From: Syntrophales bacterium
GTDB lineage: Bacteria; Desulfobacterota; Syntrophia; Syntrophales; UBA2210
DNA length: 64,000 nt
NCBI GenBank assembly: GCA_963666365.2
Contig: CAXXNF010000001.1
Location: forward strand, 512,001 to 576,000
Direction: 5' to 3'
How positions within the stretch are numbered: position 1 is the first letter of the stretch; every line of letters starts with the position of its first letter. The translations under genes and the position numbers were made by a program. Below the pieces are notes generated by a model. It was not told the origin of the DNA. It made no database searches and saw only the letters and a program-made list of their open reading frames with translations. Below are positions 54,661 to 63,984 of this stretch, one piece after another.

Positions 54661-56214
54661 TTATGGTTTTTCGTATATTTCAACTACGTCGGTGCCGTTG
54701 TCGGCATAAATCGCGGTTTTAGCGTTGGCGATCGTACCGCCGCTCTGCCCCGTAACCTTGAATGTCAAAATCTGGCCGGACGTATTGTTGATAAAAAAGA
54801 TCTTGCCCGCTGTCGCTGCGGGAAGAATCGCGTTGCATCCCCCATCCGCATTCGTCACGATGATATATGTTGCCTGGGCCTCAGATGCCGACAGCGTCCA
54901 GTCCGCATGCCCGCCGCTGTAATCGTGCGATGCCGTGCTGCACACGTCTACTGTGCCGGACGCATCGGGCAACGTGATTGTCCGGTCTGCGGTCGGATCG
55001 GTGGAAGATACGGTCGTTTCGTAAGCGTCGGCCGTCGCGCCCTCGAAGACAAGACCGTTCGATGTGCCCGTCACTGCATTTGCCGCGTCGGCCCCGTTGG
55101 TTGCCAGGCTCGACAGCATCACCGTGCCGCCCGCGTCGGGAAGCACCACCGACCGGTCCGCAGTCGGATCAGTGGAAGATACGGTTGTTTCGTAAGCGTC
55201 GGCCGTCGCGCCCTCGAAGACCAGGCCATTCGATGCGCCCGTCACTGCATTTGCCGCGTCGGCCCCGTTGGTTGCCAGGCTCGACAGCATCACCGTGCCG
55301 CCCGCGTCGGGAAGCACCACCGACCGGTCCGCAGTCGGATCAGTGGAAGATACGGTCGTTTCGTAATCGTTTGCCGTTGCGCCCTCGAAGACCAGGCCGT
55401 TCGATGCGCCTGTTACCGCATTTGCCGCGTCGGCCCCGTTGGTTGCCAGGCTCGACAGCATCACCGTGCCGCCCGCGTCGGGGACCGTCACGGTCCTGTC
55501 TGCGGTCGGGTCGGTGAACGCGACAGTAGTTTCGTAAGCGTTGGCCGTTGCACCCTCCGCTACGAGGCTGTTGGCCGCGCCCCATATGCCCGTTGCGGCG
55601 TCGGGAATGGCGGCGGAGAGAATCGGCACGCCCGATGCATCGGGCAGCGTGATAGTGTTGTCCGCAGTCGGGTCGGTAACGGCAATCGTCGTTTCATAGG
55701 CGTCTGCCGACGCGCCCTCCATGATAATCGGCGATGCGCCGGAGAGCACGCCCAGGGCCGTCAGTGTTGAGCTGTCGAAGTAGTTGCCGCAGTTGACGTA
55801 ATAGTCGGTAGTCGATATGGCGATGCCCACCTGCTGGTCCCAGGATGGCGCGGATTGCGTAATCGCGCCTGCCGTTTCGGACAGATAGCCCGGCTGCCCT
55901 TCGGTCAGCGACGACCATCCGGAAAACACGCCCTGTATGACAATCTCCACGTTGGCGCCCGATGCCGCGTCCTTCCCGGCAACGCCCACGGCGGGCCGGA
56001 GGTCGGAATCGTTTGCATCGGCTGCATACGCGTATCCGTCGGCGTCTTTTATGGCCACCGCCTCTCCGGCGCTTATGGCCTCGCCTGCAACGGCGGATAT
56101 TCGCGTCCATTTAAGCTTTGCATAATAGGCCGCCTGCGCAGGCATCGCGATTAGCGCGATCAGCATCAAGGCGGCGACAATCAGCGCAATATTGAAAATT
56201 CTGATTCTTTTCAT
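54661..56214 (-). CDS. Signal-peptide-bearing head decoration/fibre protein with 57-aa tandem repeats
   Basis: MKRIRIFNIALIVAALMLIALIAMPAQA, then an AGEAI..G.AV capsid-cement-like domain, then five EGA..YETT..TDPTAD motifs. Confidence 0.75.
   Translation of the reverse strand: MKRIRIFNIALIVAALMLIALIAMPAQAAYYAKLKWTRISAVAGEAISAGEAVAIKDADGYAYAADANDSDLRPAVGVAGKDAASGANVEIVIQGVFSGWSSLTEGQPGYLSETAGAITQSAPSWDQQVGIAISTTDYYVNCGNYFDSSTLTALGVLSGASPIIMEGASADAYETTIAVTDPTADNTITLPDASGVPILSAAIPDAATGIWGAANSLVAEGATANAYETTVAFTDPTADRTVTVPDAGGTVMLSSLATNGADAANAVTGASNGLVFEGATANDYETTVSSTDPTADRSVVLPDAGGTVMLSSLATNGADAANAVTGASNGLVFEGATADAYETTVSSTDPTADRSVVLPDAGGTVMLSSLATNGADAANAVTGTSNGLVFEGATADAYETTVSSTDPTADRTITLPDASGTVDVCSTASHDYSGGHADWTLSASEAQATYIIVTNADGGCNAILPAATAGKIFFINNTSGQILTFKVTGQSGGTIANAKTAIYADNGTDVVEIYEKP
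54950..55725. repeat. 171-bp tandem repeat (3 near-identical plus degenerate copies) inside the head fibre gene
   Basis: GTCGGCCCCGTTGGTTGCCAGGCTCGACAGCATCACCGTGCC recurs at 55087, 55258 and 55429; outer boundaries approximate. Confidence 0.9.
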
Positions 56215-56243
56215 GTCATGTCCTCCATCTGAGGTTTTTAAAG

Positions 56244-56269
56244 TGAGGGCCGCAGCCTCGCGGCCCTCA
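56244..56269 (-). terminator. Stem-loop after the capsid gene (weak terminator or stabiliser)
   Basis: TGAGGGCCGC-N6-GCGGCCCTCA 10-bp stem with a short U tract on the minus strand. Confidence 0.55.
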
Positions 56270-56311
56270 ATGTTCTTGACGATAGAAACGATCCTAACGC
56301 TTTTAACGCCG

Positions 56312-58705
56312 CTAATCGGCTACAACAGCCTTGTACGCGCCCACGTAATCGAGCGGGCTGCCGCCGTATTCATGGCGCACTTTGTGCTTGATCTGATCGG
56401 CCACGAGCATGAACTGCCCGGTAGGCACATCGGCCACGAAATATTCCGGTTCCTCGTTGCCGAAAAGATAGCCCATCTCGATAATTTCGGCGATGTCGGC
56501 AGGAACGGTCAGGATCCAGTCGGTGGCGTCGCCGTTCAACAGGGGATTCGCCCGCGGAACGAGCCTGTTTGCACAGGGGTTTCTCGTTTTGGCCGTGAGA
56601 TCGTTGGAGCTGTAATAGTACGGCTCATTTGCGATGTCCTCTGCAGTAGACAGCAGATCCGCCGGTACCCACAGATTGACTTTTGTGTCTCCACCGCCAA
56701 GGATGCCGATATATTCTCCCGAATCCTTTTCCGTCATCTTCATGAGGGCGAGATAGGCGGTCCATGCATTTGCATAGCCCAGCGCGCCCGATCCCAGGTT
56801 CCCGTGGGCTTCGGTGAATATTGCCGTTCCATCGGTGCAGGTCGAATTGTCGATCAGGAATGTCCAGCAGAACCGTGCATGCGTCCGGCGCGTTGAAATG
56901 CCAAGTGCGTCAAGTATGCGGGTTGCCACGCTGATATCGTCGTTAATCAAAAATTTCCTCGAGAACGTGAGCAGATTTCCCTTCTGGAGGACCACGTAGG
57001 AGGCTTCTTCGTCCGTGATGGCCGCAATTTCATGATAATCTCCCGATTCCGGATCGACATCCTCAATATCGGGGAATCCGCCGACTTTGACCGCTTCCTG
57101 CGTTTTAAAATTCTTCGCAGATTTTTTTACGGAAACGATCATGTTTTCGTAATATTCGATCTTGTTATACGCCGCGATCAGCCGCCGCGCCATCGTATTG
57201 CCCAGGGCGTAAGTGAAGGTCGTGCTGTCGATCTCCATCATGGCGCGCTTCGGATGAAAGCGGCCCGTGACCTCGGCGTCGCCGCCGAAAAACACGTAGG
57301 CTTCCATTATGCTCTTGAACGCGGGAATTTTGTCGAACTCAGCGAAATCCTGAACGCTTCGCATATCCATAAACTTTGGTTCATGGTCCAGGCGTTCCAT
57401 TCGGGCGAACTGCTGCATCTGCTCGCCACGGAATCCGAAGAGCCGGTCCAGCCCCATCTGCGCCTTTTGCAGCGAATCGATGCCGACTCGGATCGACGGT
57501 CCTGCGGCGACGCCGTTTCCCTCGGCGGGTGCCGACATCTGCGCGATGTAATCCTTCTCCGCGCCGATGGCCGTATCGAGTTCGGCGGGCTCGAATATCC
57601 TGCCGTCAAACTGTTCCCGGACGCGCTTTTTAGCGAACGCCGGCAGGTCCGATTCGGCGAGTTTGTCTGAAAGCAGCGTGCCGCACCGGAACAGTCTGAA
57701 ATCGTCCTTTGTGGCGAAATTTCCGTTGTCGCCGCCTCCGGCCGAATCTGCCGCTTTCGGCTCCATTGCCATTCTGGCCAGCCCCTGTATATCCTGATCG
57801 GTAAGGGTCGTTGCGTCCCTCCCTTGCAGGAGGTCCGGCCGCTTCTCCCTGATAAGACTGATCATATAGTCTCTCATCTGGTCCTCCTCAAATGTGTGGG
57901 CCGGCGCTGAGGCCACCGCCCGGTTGAATTTTCCACCCGCAGCCGCACGGGTGACTATGTCCACGCTGTCGGCACTGAAAAATTTCACTATCTTCAGGAC
58001 CGTTTTGCCGTCGATCACTTCCTGAGTGGCGCGCACAGGGCAATCGAATGAAAGCCCATAGACGCGTTCGCCGTTTTCCATCGCCGCCAGCAGGTTTTTG
58101 CCAAGCCATTTCGCGGAATCCACGAAATGCAGAATGCCTTTGAGACCCTCGCCCGTCACAGCGCGCACCTTGTCGATCCAACCGACCTTGTTGCGCACGA
58201 GCAGTTGTTTGATATCAAAAAGCGGCTCCGGAAGATGCCCCGCCCGTCCGGGAAGTTCGAAGAGGTTTACATCTACGCCCTCGAAAATGCCTTCCTCTGC
58301 AACGGCGCGAATAATGTCGTCCGTGATGTACCACCCCGTCAACGTATGTCCAGGATTGCAAATCGTCACATCCCACTCGGTGCCCTCGACGTTTTTCGCC
58401 ATGCCGATGCGGCAGTCCATAACCAGGCCGCTGTCCGTCGCTTCCTGGCGGGAATTGACATCGACATATTTCTGCTCAACTTCCACGATTTCGCTTCCGA
58501 GCTGTATCGCATCGTCGATAATCGCATAGCCGACACGGTACATCTTCCCTGTGTTGTCGTCGGTGTAGATCAGATATGTGTCATATAGTTCCCTGATCCA
58601 CAGCTGATCGCCCTTGTCTTTCAACGCCGCCCAGACCATTTCCCTGATCCGGTCGAGGCTGATTTCCTGGCTGCTGCGCATATCTATCGTCGGTTTTGTT
58701 TTCAT
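56312..58705 (-). CDS. Fused prohead protease / scaffold / major capsid protein
   Basis: GLSFD and SVDIVTRAAAGG.F protease-like motifs; C-terminal Mu gpT/HK97-like capsid (NFK, K.G.L..FSR..LINDD, H.NL, KVRHEYG..LDY.G.YK). Confidence 0.85.
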   Translation of the reverse strand: MKTKPTIDMRSSQEISLDRIREMVWAALKDKGDQLWIRELYDTYLIYTDDNTGKMYRVGYAIIDDAIQLGSEIVEVEQKYVDVNSRQEATDSGLVMDCRIGMAKNVEGTEWDVTICNPGHTLTGWYITDDIIRAVAEEGIFEGVDVNLFELPGRAGHLPEPLFDIKQLLVRNKVGWIDKVRAVTGEGLKGILHFVDSAKWLGKNLLAAMENGERVYGLSFDCPVRATQEVIDGKTVLKIVKFFSADSVDIVTRAAAGGKFNRAVASAPAHTFEEDQMRDYMISLIREKRPDLLQGRDATTLTDQDIQGLARMAMEPKAADSAGGGDNGNFATKDDFRLFRCGTLLSDKLAESDLPAFAKKRVREQFDGRIFEPAELDTAIGAEKDYIAQMSAPAEGNGVAAGPSIRVGIDSLQKAQMGLDRLFGFRGEQMQQFARMERLDHEPKFMDMRSVQDFAEFDKIPAFKSIMEAYVFFGGDAEVTGRFHPKRAMMEIDSTTFTYALGNTMARRLIAAYNKIEYYENMIVSVKKSAKNFKTQEAVKVGGFPDIEDVDPESGDYHEIAAITDEEASYVVLQKGNLLTFSRKFLINDDISVATRILDALGISTRRTHARFCWTFLIDNSTCTDGTAIFTEAHGNLGSGALGYANAWTAYLALMKMTEKDSGEYIGILGGGDTKVNLWVPADLLSTAEDIANEPYYYSSNDLTAKTRNPCANRLVPRANPLLNGDATDWILTVPADIAEIIEMGYLFGNEEPEYFVADVPTGQFMLVADQIKHKVRHEYGGSPLDYVGAYKAVVAD

Positions 58706-58720
58706 CGGTCGCCGCCTCCC

Positions 58721-59014
58721 TTATTTCTTCGGGCCGGGTGTAAGCTTCTTCGACTTCGGATTCGGATTGATGCCGGTGATCTGGATCTGATTCAGAGGCG
58801 TTACCTCGTCGCCGGCTGCATAAAAAACCTTTTTTCCACCCCTGGTAACGATGACCGCCACGGTTGTTTTGCGCCTCGGATCTTGCCGCACGCCGGAGGC
58901 AAAGACGTATTTCTCGTCGATGCCGTAGGCGTCGCATGCCATTGCTATAAGCTCCTTCTTCTTGTCCGGTTTTTTTGCCGTCTCGTCGACGGCCGGGTCT
59001 TTTTTCTCCGCCAT
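58721..59014 (-). CDS. Phage hypothetical protein
   Basis: RBS AAGGAGG and ATG 59014; fills the gap between minor head and protease genes. Confidence 0.65.
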   Translation of the reverse strand: MAEKKDPAVDETAKKPDKKKELIAMACDAYGIDEKYVFASGVRQDPRRKTTVAVIVTRGGKKVFYAAGDEVTPLNQIQITGINPNPKSKKLTPGPKK

Positions 59015-59036
59015 TTTTCTGGCCTCCTTTTTGAAA

Positions 59037-59885
59037 TTACGCCGCGAGATCTTCCGCCGCCCGTTCCCAGTGCTCATGATAGGGCACGGAATAGCACCCG
59101 CAATTAATAGTGTTTTCCGCCGATCCAGCCGGATCGCGGGGATACATTAACTTTTCTCCGCCCACGTCGAACGGCTGGTCCACGTCCCTGATCTGCCCGT
59201 CCGCAGCCAGATGCGACATTCGCGGAACCTTCGCAAAATCGCTGTGCACCCATTGCTTTTTCAACCCCGGAACCGCCTTTGCCGCCTGCTCGCGCCTGGC
59301 CTGGTTCGCTGCCTCAAGCACACGGCCGCATTCGTTGCGCGTAATCGTCTCGGCCCGTGCGGCAATCGATTTGAAAATGCTCTTGTCTTTCAGGTTTTTC
59401 CCCACCGCCTGCATCACTTCGAAGGGCGATTTCCGGCCGAGCAGCCCGCGTGTAAGTTCGGCTGTGATCTTCTTGTTGGCATCCGCCGCAAGCCCCGTCA
59501 CGAGATCGGTGCCGTATCCCTGGAGAATACCGAGCATGGTTGTATCGATTTGCGGCATGGCAACGGCGATGTTCGCGCTCACGGCAGCAGAAACCGGCTC
59601 GTCTACCAGCAAAATGCCCTGGTCCCAGAAATCGAGTTGACGGTCGTTGAGATCCATATTGTACAGCTGCGCATATGACTGCATTGCCCGTTCCACGGCG
59701 CTTTTGAGCTGAGGCAGCCGATACATCTCCCATTCGGTCGATGCCACCGTGGCGGCGATCTCTTTACGCGCCGCCTCCAGAATCCTGATGGAATTTTTTA
59801 CCGCCTCGTTTTCCATCTTGGTCGCCTGTGCGATCAGCTGTTCCACTTTTTTCCTGAATGCCCGCTCCCGCTGAGATTTCGTCAT
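59037..59885 (-). CDS. Minor head protein (Mu gpF / SPP1 gp7 family)
   Basis: RA.TI.R.E, K.W.HS...PR.SH...DGQ..PF..L.YP.DP....TINCGC. Confidence 0.9.
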   Translation of the reverse strand: MTKSQRERAFRKKVEQLIAQATKMENEAVKNSIRILEAARKEIAATVASTEWEMYRLPQLKSAVERAMQSYAQLYNMDLNDRQLDFWDQGILLVDEPVSAAVSANIAVAMPQIDTTMLGILQGYGTDLVTGLAADANKKITAELTRGLLGRKSPFEVMQAVGKNLKDKSIFKSIAARAETITRNECGRVLEAANQARREQAAKAVPGLKKQWVHSDFAKVPRMSHLAADGQIRDVDQPFDVGGEKLMYPRDPAGSAENTINCGCYSVPYHEHWERAAEDLAA

Positions 59886-59887
59886 AA

Positions 59888-61312
59888 CTACCCCAGCAAT
59901 TTATCGTAATCGGTGCCGCCGTCATCCGGCGCACTCTTCGCCGCGTCGATCATTTCCTGTGCGTCGATCTCGTACCCCAGATAGGTTGCCGCATAGGCGA
60001 AGAGCTTCGTTGCCTCGTCTGCGGTGATGAACCGCTCCGATACCGCGATCGAAAGCGCCGTGGTTATCTGCGGCAATCCGTTCATGATCTTTGTGAAATC
60101 CTTTTTGGAAATCTCCGGCATATTGACAGAAAAACCCGCCTCGGCCTGCTTCTCCGACAGGCGGCCGTGAATGACCGCCTGATCCACGACGAACTGAATC
60201 ACGTCGTTCAATAAATCCGTATATTCCCGCTGCCGGTCGTCGAGATCCTTATACGGCACCGCCCCGAAGAGTTCCGCCTCGGTTTGATATGCCTTTCCGC
60301 CCTCGCCGTACCACGACGCCGGACGGCCCGCCGAACCCATGATGAACGATTTCGCCATCTCGAAACCCTGGGTCATGTCGGCCGCTTTCAGGTCCGGCGC
60401 CACTGCTTTCCATTCAACCTGCTCGTTATGCGCACGCATCGCTCCCGGCTGCGGCGCCTGGTTGTCTCGAAGCCATTTGCGGATCTCTTCCTCGTCCATG
60501 CCTTTCAGCAAAACATCCCAGATAAAATTCAGCAAAAACTCGGCACGTTCCAGATAGTTGAATCCGTAACGCTCCATAGAATCTATCCAGTCGAACAATG
60601 TCAGATAGTCGGATCTGCCCCTGGGCGAATTGGGCGGATTGTTGATCGCCATGAAAAATGCATTTCCTACCAAGCGCCCAAACTCCTTCTTTCGCGGGTC
60701 GGCCTCCTCTCGAATGATGGTGTATTTCTCGCCGGGACGTCCCATTCGGCCCTTGAGTTCCACCATCCACACCTGTTCGACATTTCGCGGGTTGACATAT
60801 ACTTCTTTTATCTGAGCCGGATCGATGTAGCGCATCCGAATGAATCCGTTAACCGGGTTGACATCGACAGGCCACAGCTGCTCGCCGAGCACCGAAAGCC
60901 ACAGGCATTTTCGCGGAAACCGCAGGGCCATTTTGTTTTCCCGGTGTTTTAAAAAACGGTCGATAACGCCCTGGACCTCCGGATCGTCCGACTGGACGGT
61001 AAAGGGCTCGCCGAATATAAAGGTCTTGTCTATCGTGGCCATGCGCTTCAGCATGGGCGAGGCGTCCCACATATAATAGGCAACCTCGAACATGCGGTCC
61101 TGCGTGATCGGAGTCAGGTCGCGTCGCGTCACCGGTTCGGCGCCGGTCTTGCGGTAACCTTCATTGTTCGGATCGTAAGACGCCGTAATCGGTACGGCCA
61201 TCTTCGCCCGCCTTACTTCCCCGGCCACCTCGACGGCCACCATTTCGCGGATTTCCTCGTCGGATCTCAGCCCAGGAGCCAGCACGCGCGCTATTTTTTC
61301 CCGAAAACTCAT
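59888..61312 (-). CDS. Portal protein
   Basis: Between terminase and minor head genes; GE, IDP..I, N....RGRSD motifs; ATG 61312 overlaps the terminase TGA. Confidence 0.8.
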   Translation of the reverse strand: MSFREKIARVLAPGLRSDEEIREMVAVEVAGEVRRAKMAVPITASYDPNNEGYRKTGAEPVTRRDLTPITQDRMFEVAYYMWDASPMLKRMATIDKTFIFGEPFTVQSDDPEVQGVIDRFLKHRENKMALRFPRKCLWLSVLGEQLWPVDVNPVNGFIRMRYIDPAQIKEVYVNPRNVEQVWMVELKGRMGRPGEKYTIIREEADPRKKEFGRLVGNAFFMAINNPPNSPRGRSDYLTLFDWIDSMERYGFNYLERAEFLLNFIWDVLLKGMDEEEIRKWLRDNQAPQPGAMRAHNEQVEWKAVAPDLKAADMTQGFEMAKSFIMGSAGRPASWYGEGGKAYQTEAELFGAVPYKDLDDRQREYTDLLNDVIQFVVDQAVIHGRLSEKQAEAGFSVNMPEISKKDFTKIMNGLPQITTALSIAVSERFITADEATKLFAYAATYLGYEIDAQEMIDAAKSAPDDGGTDYDKLLG

Positions 61313-62850
61313 CAATGAAACATCCTCTCCCTGTCGTTTCCGAACCGCCCGAAAAATCCGTCTCGGCCCCTGTTCCCGCGCCCTCCGTTGCCTCCCCACA
61401 CCGTAGGCTTAGGCTCCGGATCTGCACCGACGCAAAGCACAACGCCCTGTGTGGAGGATGCATGCACCGCAAGCCCCTTCGCCCAGAAATGATCAGCATG
61501 CCCCGTTTGTTCCGTGCGTTCGGCATCAAACCGGAAATGCTTAGTAGTTGTGGCGTATTTCTTTACCGAATGCAGTGAATTGCGTATTGTGTTCGATGCG
61601 GGGATCACACTGCCGCGATCCTCGAAATTCCTTTTCAGTCCGACTGCAAGCGCCTCCTTATTCCCAGTGCTGAAATCGATTCCTTCTACCTTCGAGCCGA
61701 AAAGCGTCTGTGCGTTTTCCGCCAACTGCTCGCCGATTCCCGTTTTATCCATGCAGGCGCGCCGCATCCGTTTCAACGTCAGCAAGGTGTGGAGCACTTG
61801 CTCCTGCACAAAGAACGGCTGTTTTTTCAGTTCGATCACGGCAAGCGAATATAGGACGTTTTGTATTTTCTGATCCAGCCAGATAACGGAAAAATCGCGA
61901 TGGCGCCCTATATCCATTCCTGCAAATAGGTCGCCTGAAAACTCCACATTTGCGAGTGCATGCAGGGGCAGAGGTGGGGAAATCTTGGTGCGTTTGAATT
62001 CATAAAAGTTAATTTCAGCCGCCTTAATCAGTATTTCCGCCCATACCGGCGTCATGACCAGTTTCACATCCTCGACAGAGGAAATCAGCTCATGCGTCAA
62101 AAACGCCGATACCTCATCGGAGGGAATGCATTCGTATTCCTCGGCCCATGCATCGTCGTCGTTCAGGGCGAGACGCAGATCCTCGGGATCGCAAGGATTC
62201 CCCTCGTCGTCTCTCAGATCCAGTCCCATTTCAACGGCCTGATAGATGTTGACGAAGTGTTTCGACCAGCCGCCTTTTTCGCCCAGGAATTCGTGATCGC
62301 GTCCGTTGAATCGCTGCAGCGTGGGCGCACCGAAAAAGAGCTCGTAAAATTTATTTGTCTTCCCCTTGAAAGTAGATATGATCCTGATTTTATAGCCGCG
62401 GGTAACCGTGGGAAAGAGAGCTTTCCAGATTTCACGGCTGTCGCGATGCAAGGCGAATTCGTCAAGAAGGATGTTTGCCGACCATCCGCGGGCCGTGTCG
62501 GGATTGGCCGGTAGGCCTACGATGCGGGATCCGTTGGGAAAGATTATCTCCAACATCCGGTATTTCGTATCCTTGTCGACCCAGTAATCTTCTTCCAGCT
62601 CCTCGACGGCCCGGCCGATGGCCCTCGCGTGCATGGCGGCCTTGCCCATGAGTTCTTTCGATTGTCGCTCTCCCGCAGAAAGAAAAACCCACATAGTCTT
62701 TTGTTCCACGCAGTCAAAGACGGCCTCGAGGGCCGTGCCGAAGGACTTCCCTCCCTGACGGGTGATCACGCCTATTTTGAATCGGCTTTTGTCCGTTACC
62801 CAGGTCCCTTGATAGTCGGTCAGGGGTATGAGGGGGCTAGAAGATGCCAT
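61312..62850 (-). CDS. Terminase large subunit (Mu gp28-like)
   Basis: RQGGKSF, SAGERQS, LPANPDTARG, LDEFA, GMDIGR..D, D.TGIG, GHADHFWA. Confidence 0.93.
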   Translation of the reverse strand: MASSSPLIPLTDYQGTWVTDKSRFKIGVITRQGGKSFGTALEAVFDCVEQKTMWVFLSAGERQSKELMGKAAMHARAIGRAVEELEEDYWVDKDTKYRMLEIIFPNGSRIVGLPANPDTARGWSANILLDEFALHRDSREIWKALFPTVTRGYKIRIISTFKGKTNKFYELFFGAPTLQRFNGRDHEFLGEKGGWSKHFVNIYQAVEMGLDLRDDEGNPCDPEDLRLALNDDDAWAEEYECIPSDEVSAFLTHELISSVEDVKLVMTPVWAEILIKAAEINFYEFKRTKISPPLPLHALANVEFSGDLFAGMDIGRHRDFSVIWLDQKIQNVLYSLAVIELKKQPFFVQEQVLHTLLTLKRMRRACMDKTGIGEQLAENAQTLFGSKVEGIDFSTGNKEALAVGLKRNFEDRGSVIPASNTIRNSLHSVKKYATTTKHFRFDAERTEQTGHADHFWAKGLAVHASSTQGVVLCVGADPEPKPTVWGGNGGRGNRGRDGFFGRFGNDRERMFH

Positions 62851-63364
62851 AGATCTCCTCTTTGATGATTCGCATCGTTTCGGGGTCTAGCGAGTTCTTG
62901 GCCGTTTTCTTTTCTATCGTTGCCAACGCCTTTTCGGCTTTCTTACGCGCCTCCGCCTGCCACTTTTTCTGCTGTACCGAGGCCCGGCTCAAGCGGGCCA
63001 CCATGACCCCCATCTTGGGGAATATTTTTGAAAATTCCTCAGGGTCCTCATCTTGCAGCCGTATCAGCACGTCGAATGCCCGTTCCTGTACAAGCCGTAT
63101 CAAGGCGTCATTCATTGCGCCCTCTTCGTCGCCGACAACGCTCGCGATCGCCTTCGCCTGTTCCGTGGCCACCTTGATCTGGGCCAGGCGTTCTTCAAAT
63201 TGCTGGCCGTACCGGTGAACCGCCGATCTCGATATTTCGTAGCCCTGTTCGGCCAGCCACTCCGCAAGCCCCTGATAATCGGAAAAACAGCTTGTCACCA
63301 GGCGTTGGTTCAATTCTTCCCTTATCTCTTCGGGAAGCTGTGTTACGGCTGATCTCTGCGGCAT
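62837..63364 (-). CDS. Mu gp27-like (DUF3486) putative small terminase
   Basis: S.V..LP.EIR..L...L....FS.Y..LAEWL...GY.ISRSAVHRYG..I.EEIYGI. Confidence 0.85.
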   Translation of the reverse strand: MPQRSAVTQLPEEIREELNQRLVTSCFSDYQGLAEWLAEQGYEISRSAVHRYGQQFEERLAQIKVATEQAKAIASVVGDEEGAMNDALIRLVQERAFDVLIRLQDEDPEEFSKIFPKMGVMVARLSRASVQQKKWQAEARKKAEKALATIEKKTAKNSLDPETMRIIKEEIYGIF

Positions 63365-63365
63365 C

Positions 63366-63680
63366 TCACCACCACTTCTTCGGGCGCGCGATTCCGGGAT
63401 GGCAGTCGATCGTGTATTCTGCCATGTCCATTCCCGCGCGGGTCAGTTTCATGTGCCACTGCGGGGTTCCGCGTCCCTCGATCTTCACCAGGTCGCGCTC
63501 CTCCAGATAATCGTATTCCCGGCGCAGTTCGATCTGCGTCGCGTCGATCGGTATCGCCTGTATCGTCGTCAGCATGATCGACTCGCTGGCCCCGATGGGA
63601 CGGGCCGCGTTGAGCGCAACCAGGATGTGCCAGCGGATGGTTTCCCGCCGCGCCTTTTCCACATCAATTCCGTTGTTCAT
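63366..63680 (-). CDS. Mu gp26-like winged-helix protein
   Basis: RRE..RW.IL.AL..ARP.G..LRRE.DYL.ER.L..LTR.G.D.AEY....PGIARP. Confidence 0.75.
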   Translation of the reverse strand: MNNGIDVEKARRETIRWHILVALNAARPIGASESIMLTTIQAIPIDATQIELRREYDYLEERDLVKIEGRGTPQWHMKLTRAGMDMAEYTIDCHPGIARPKKWW

Positions 63681-63984
63681 CGTTCGACCTCCAGCGGTCC
63701 TTTATTAACTCCATCATGTCAGCCAGCTTGTCCATTTTCGCGTAGATCACGGTTTCAAACCGGATGTGATCCTCGCGTCTGATATAGTTCAAAGGGAGAT
63801 CGGCTTTGATCTTCAGGATGTCCTTTTCGATCTCCCGCGTGTTCGCTTCCTGCGCCTGAAATTTGTTGTCATAATTTTTAAAGCACCGGTTGAGGGTGAA
63901 CCGCACCGTGGCGATTATGATCAGGCTCCACGCCGCGATCAGTCCGAGCAAAAAGAGCATCTGAAACCAGGGAACCTCGCTCAT
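63664..63984 (-). CDS. Membrane-anchored coiled-coil phage protein (Mu gp25-like position)
   Basis: N-terminal TM helix, KADLP..Y.RRED motif. Confidence 0.65.
   Translation of the reverse strand: MSEVPWFQMLFLLGLIAAWSLIIIATVRFTLNRCFKNYDNKFQAQEANTREIEKDILKIKADLPLNYIRREDHIRFETVIYAKMDKLADMMELIKDRWRSNDEQRN

Noticed and set aside
54570..54683. Extended N-terminus of ORF 54114-54683
   Set aside because: Overlaps a terminator hairpin; the strong RBS points to ATG 54569
54385..55770. 461-aa plus-strand repetitive ORF
   Set aside because: Antisense shadow of the repeat-containing fibre gene
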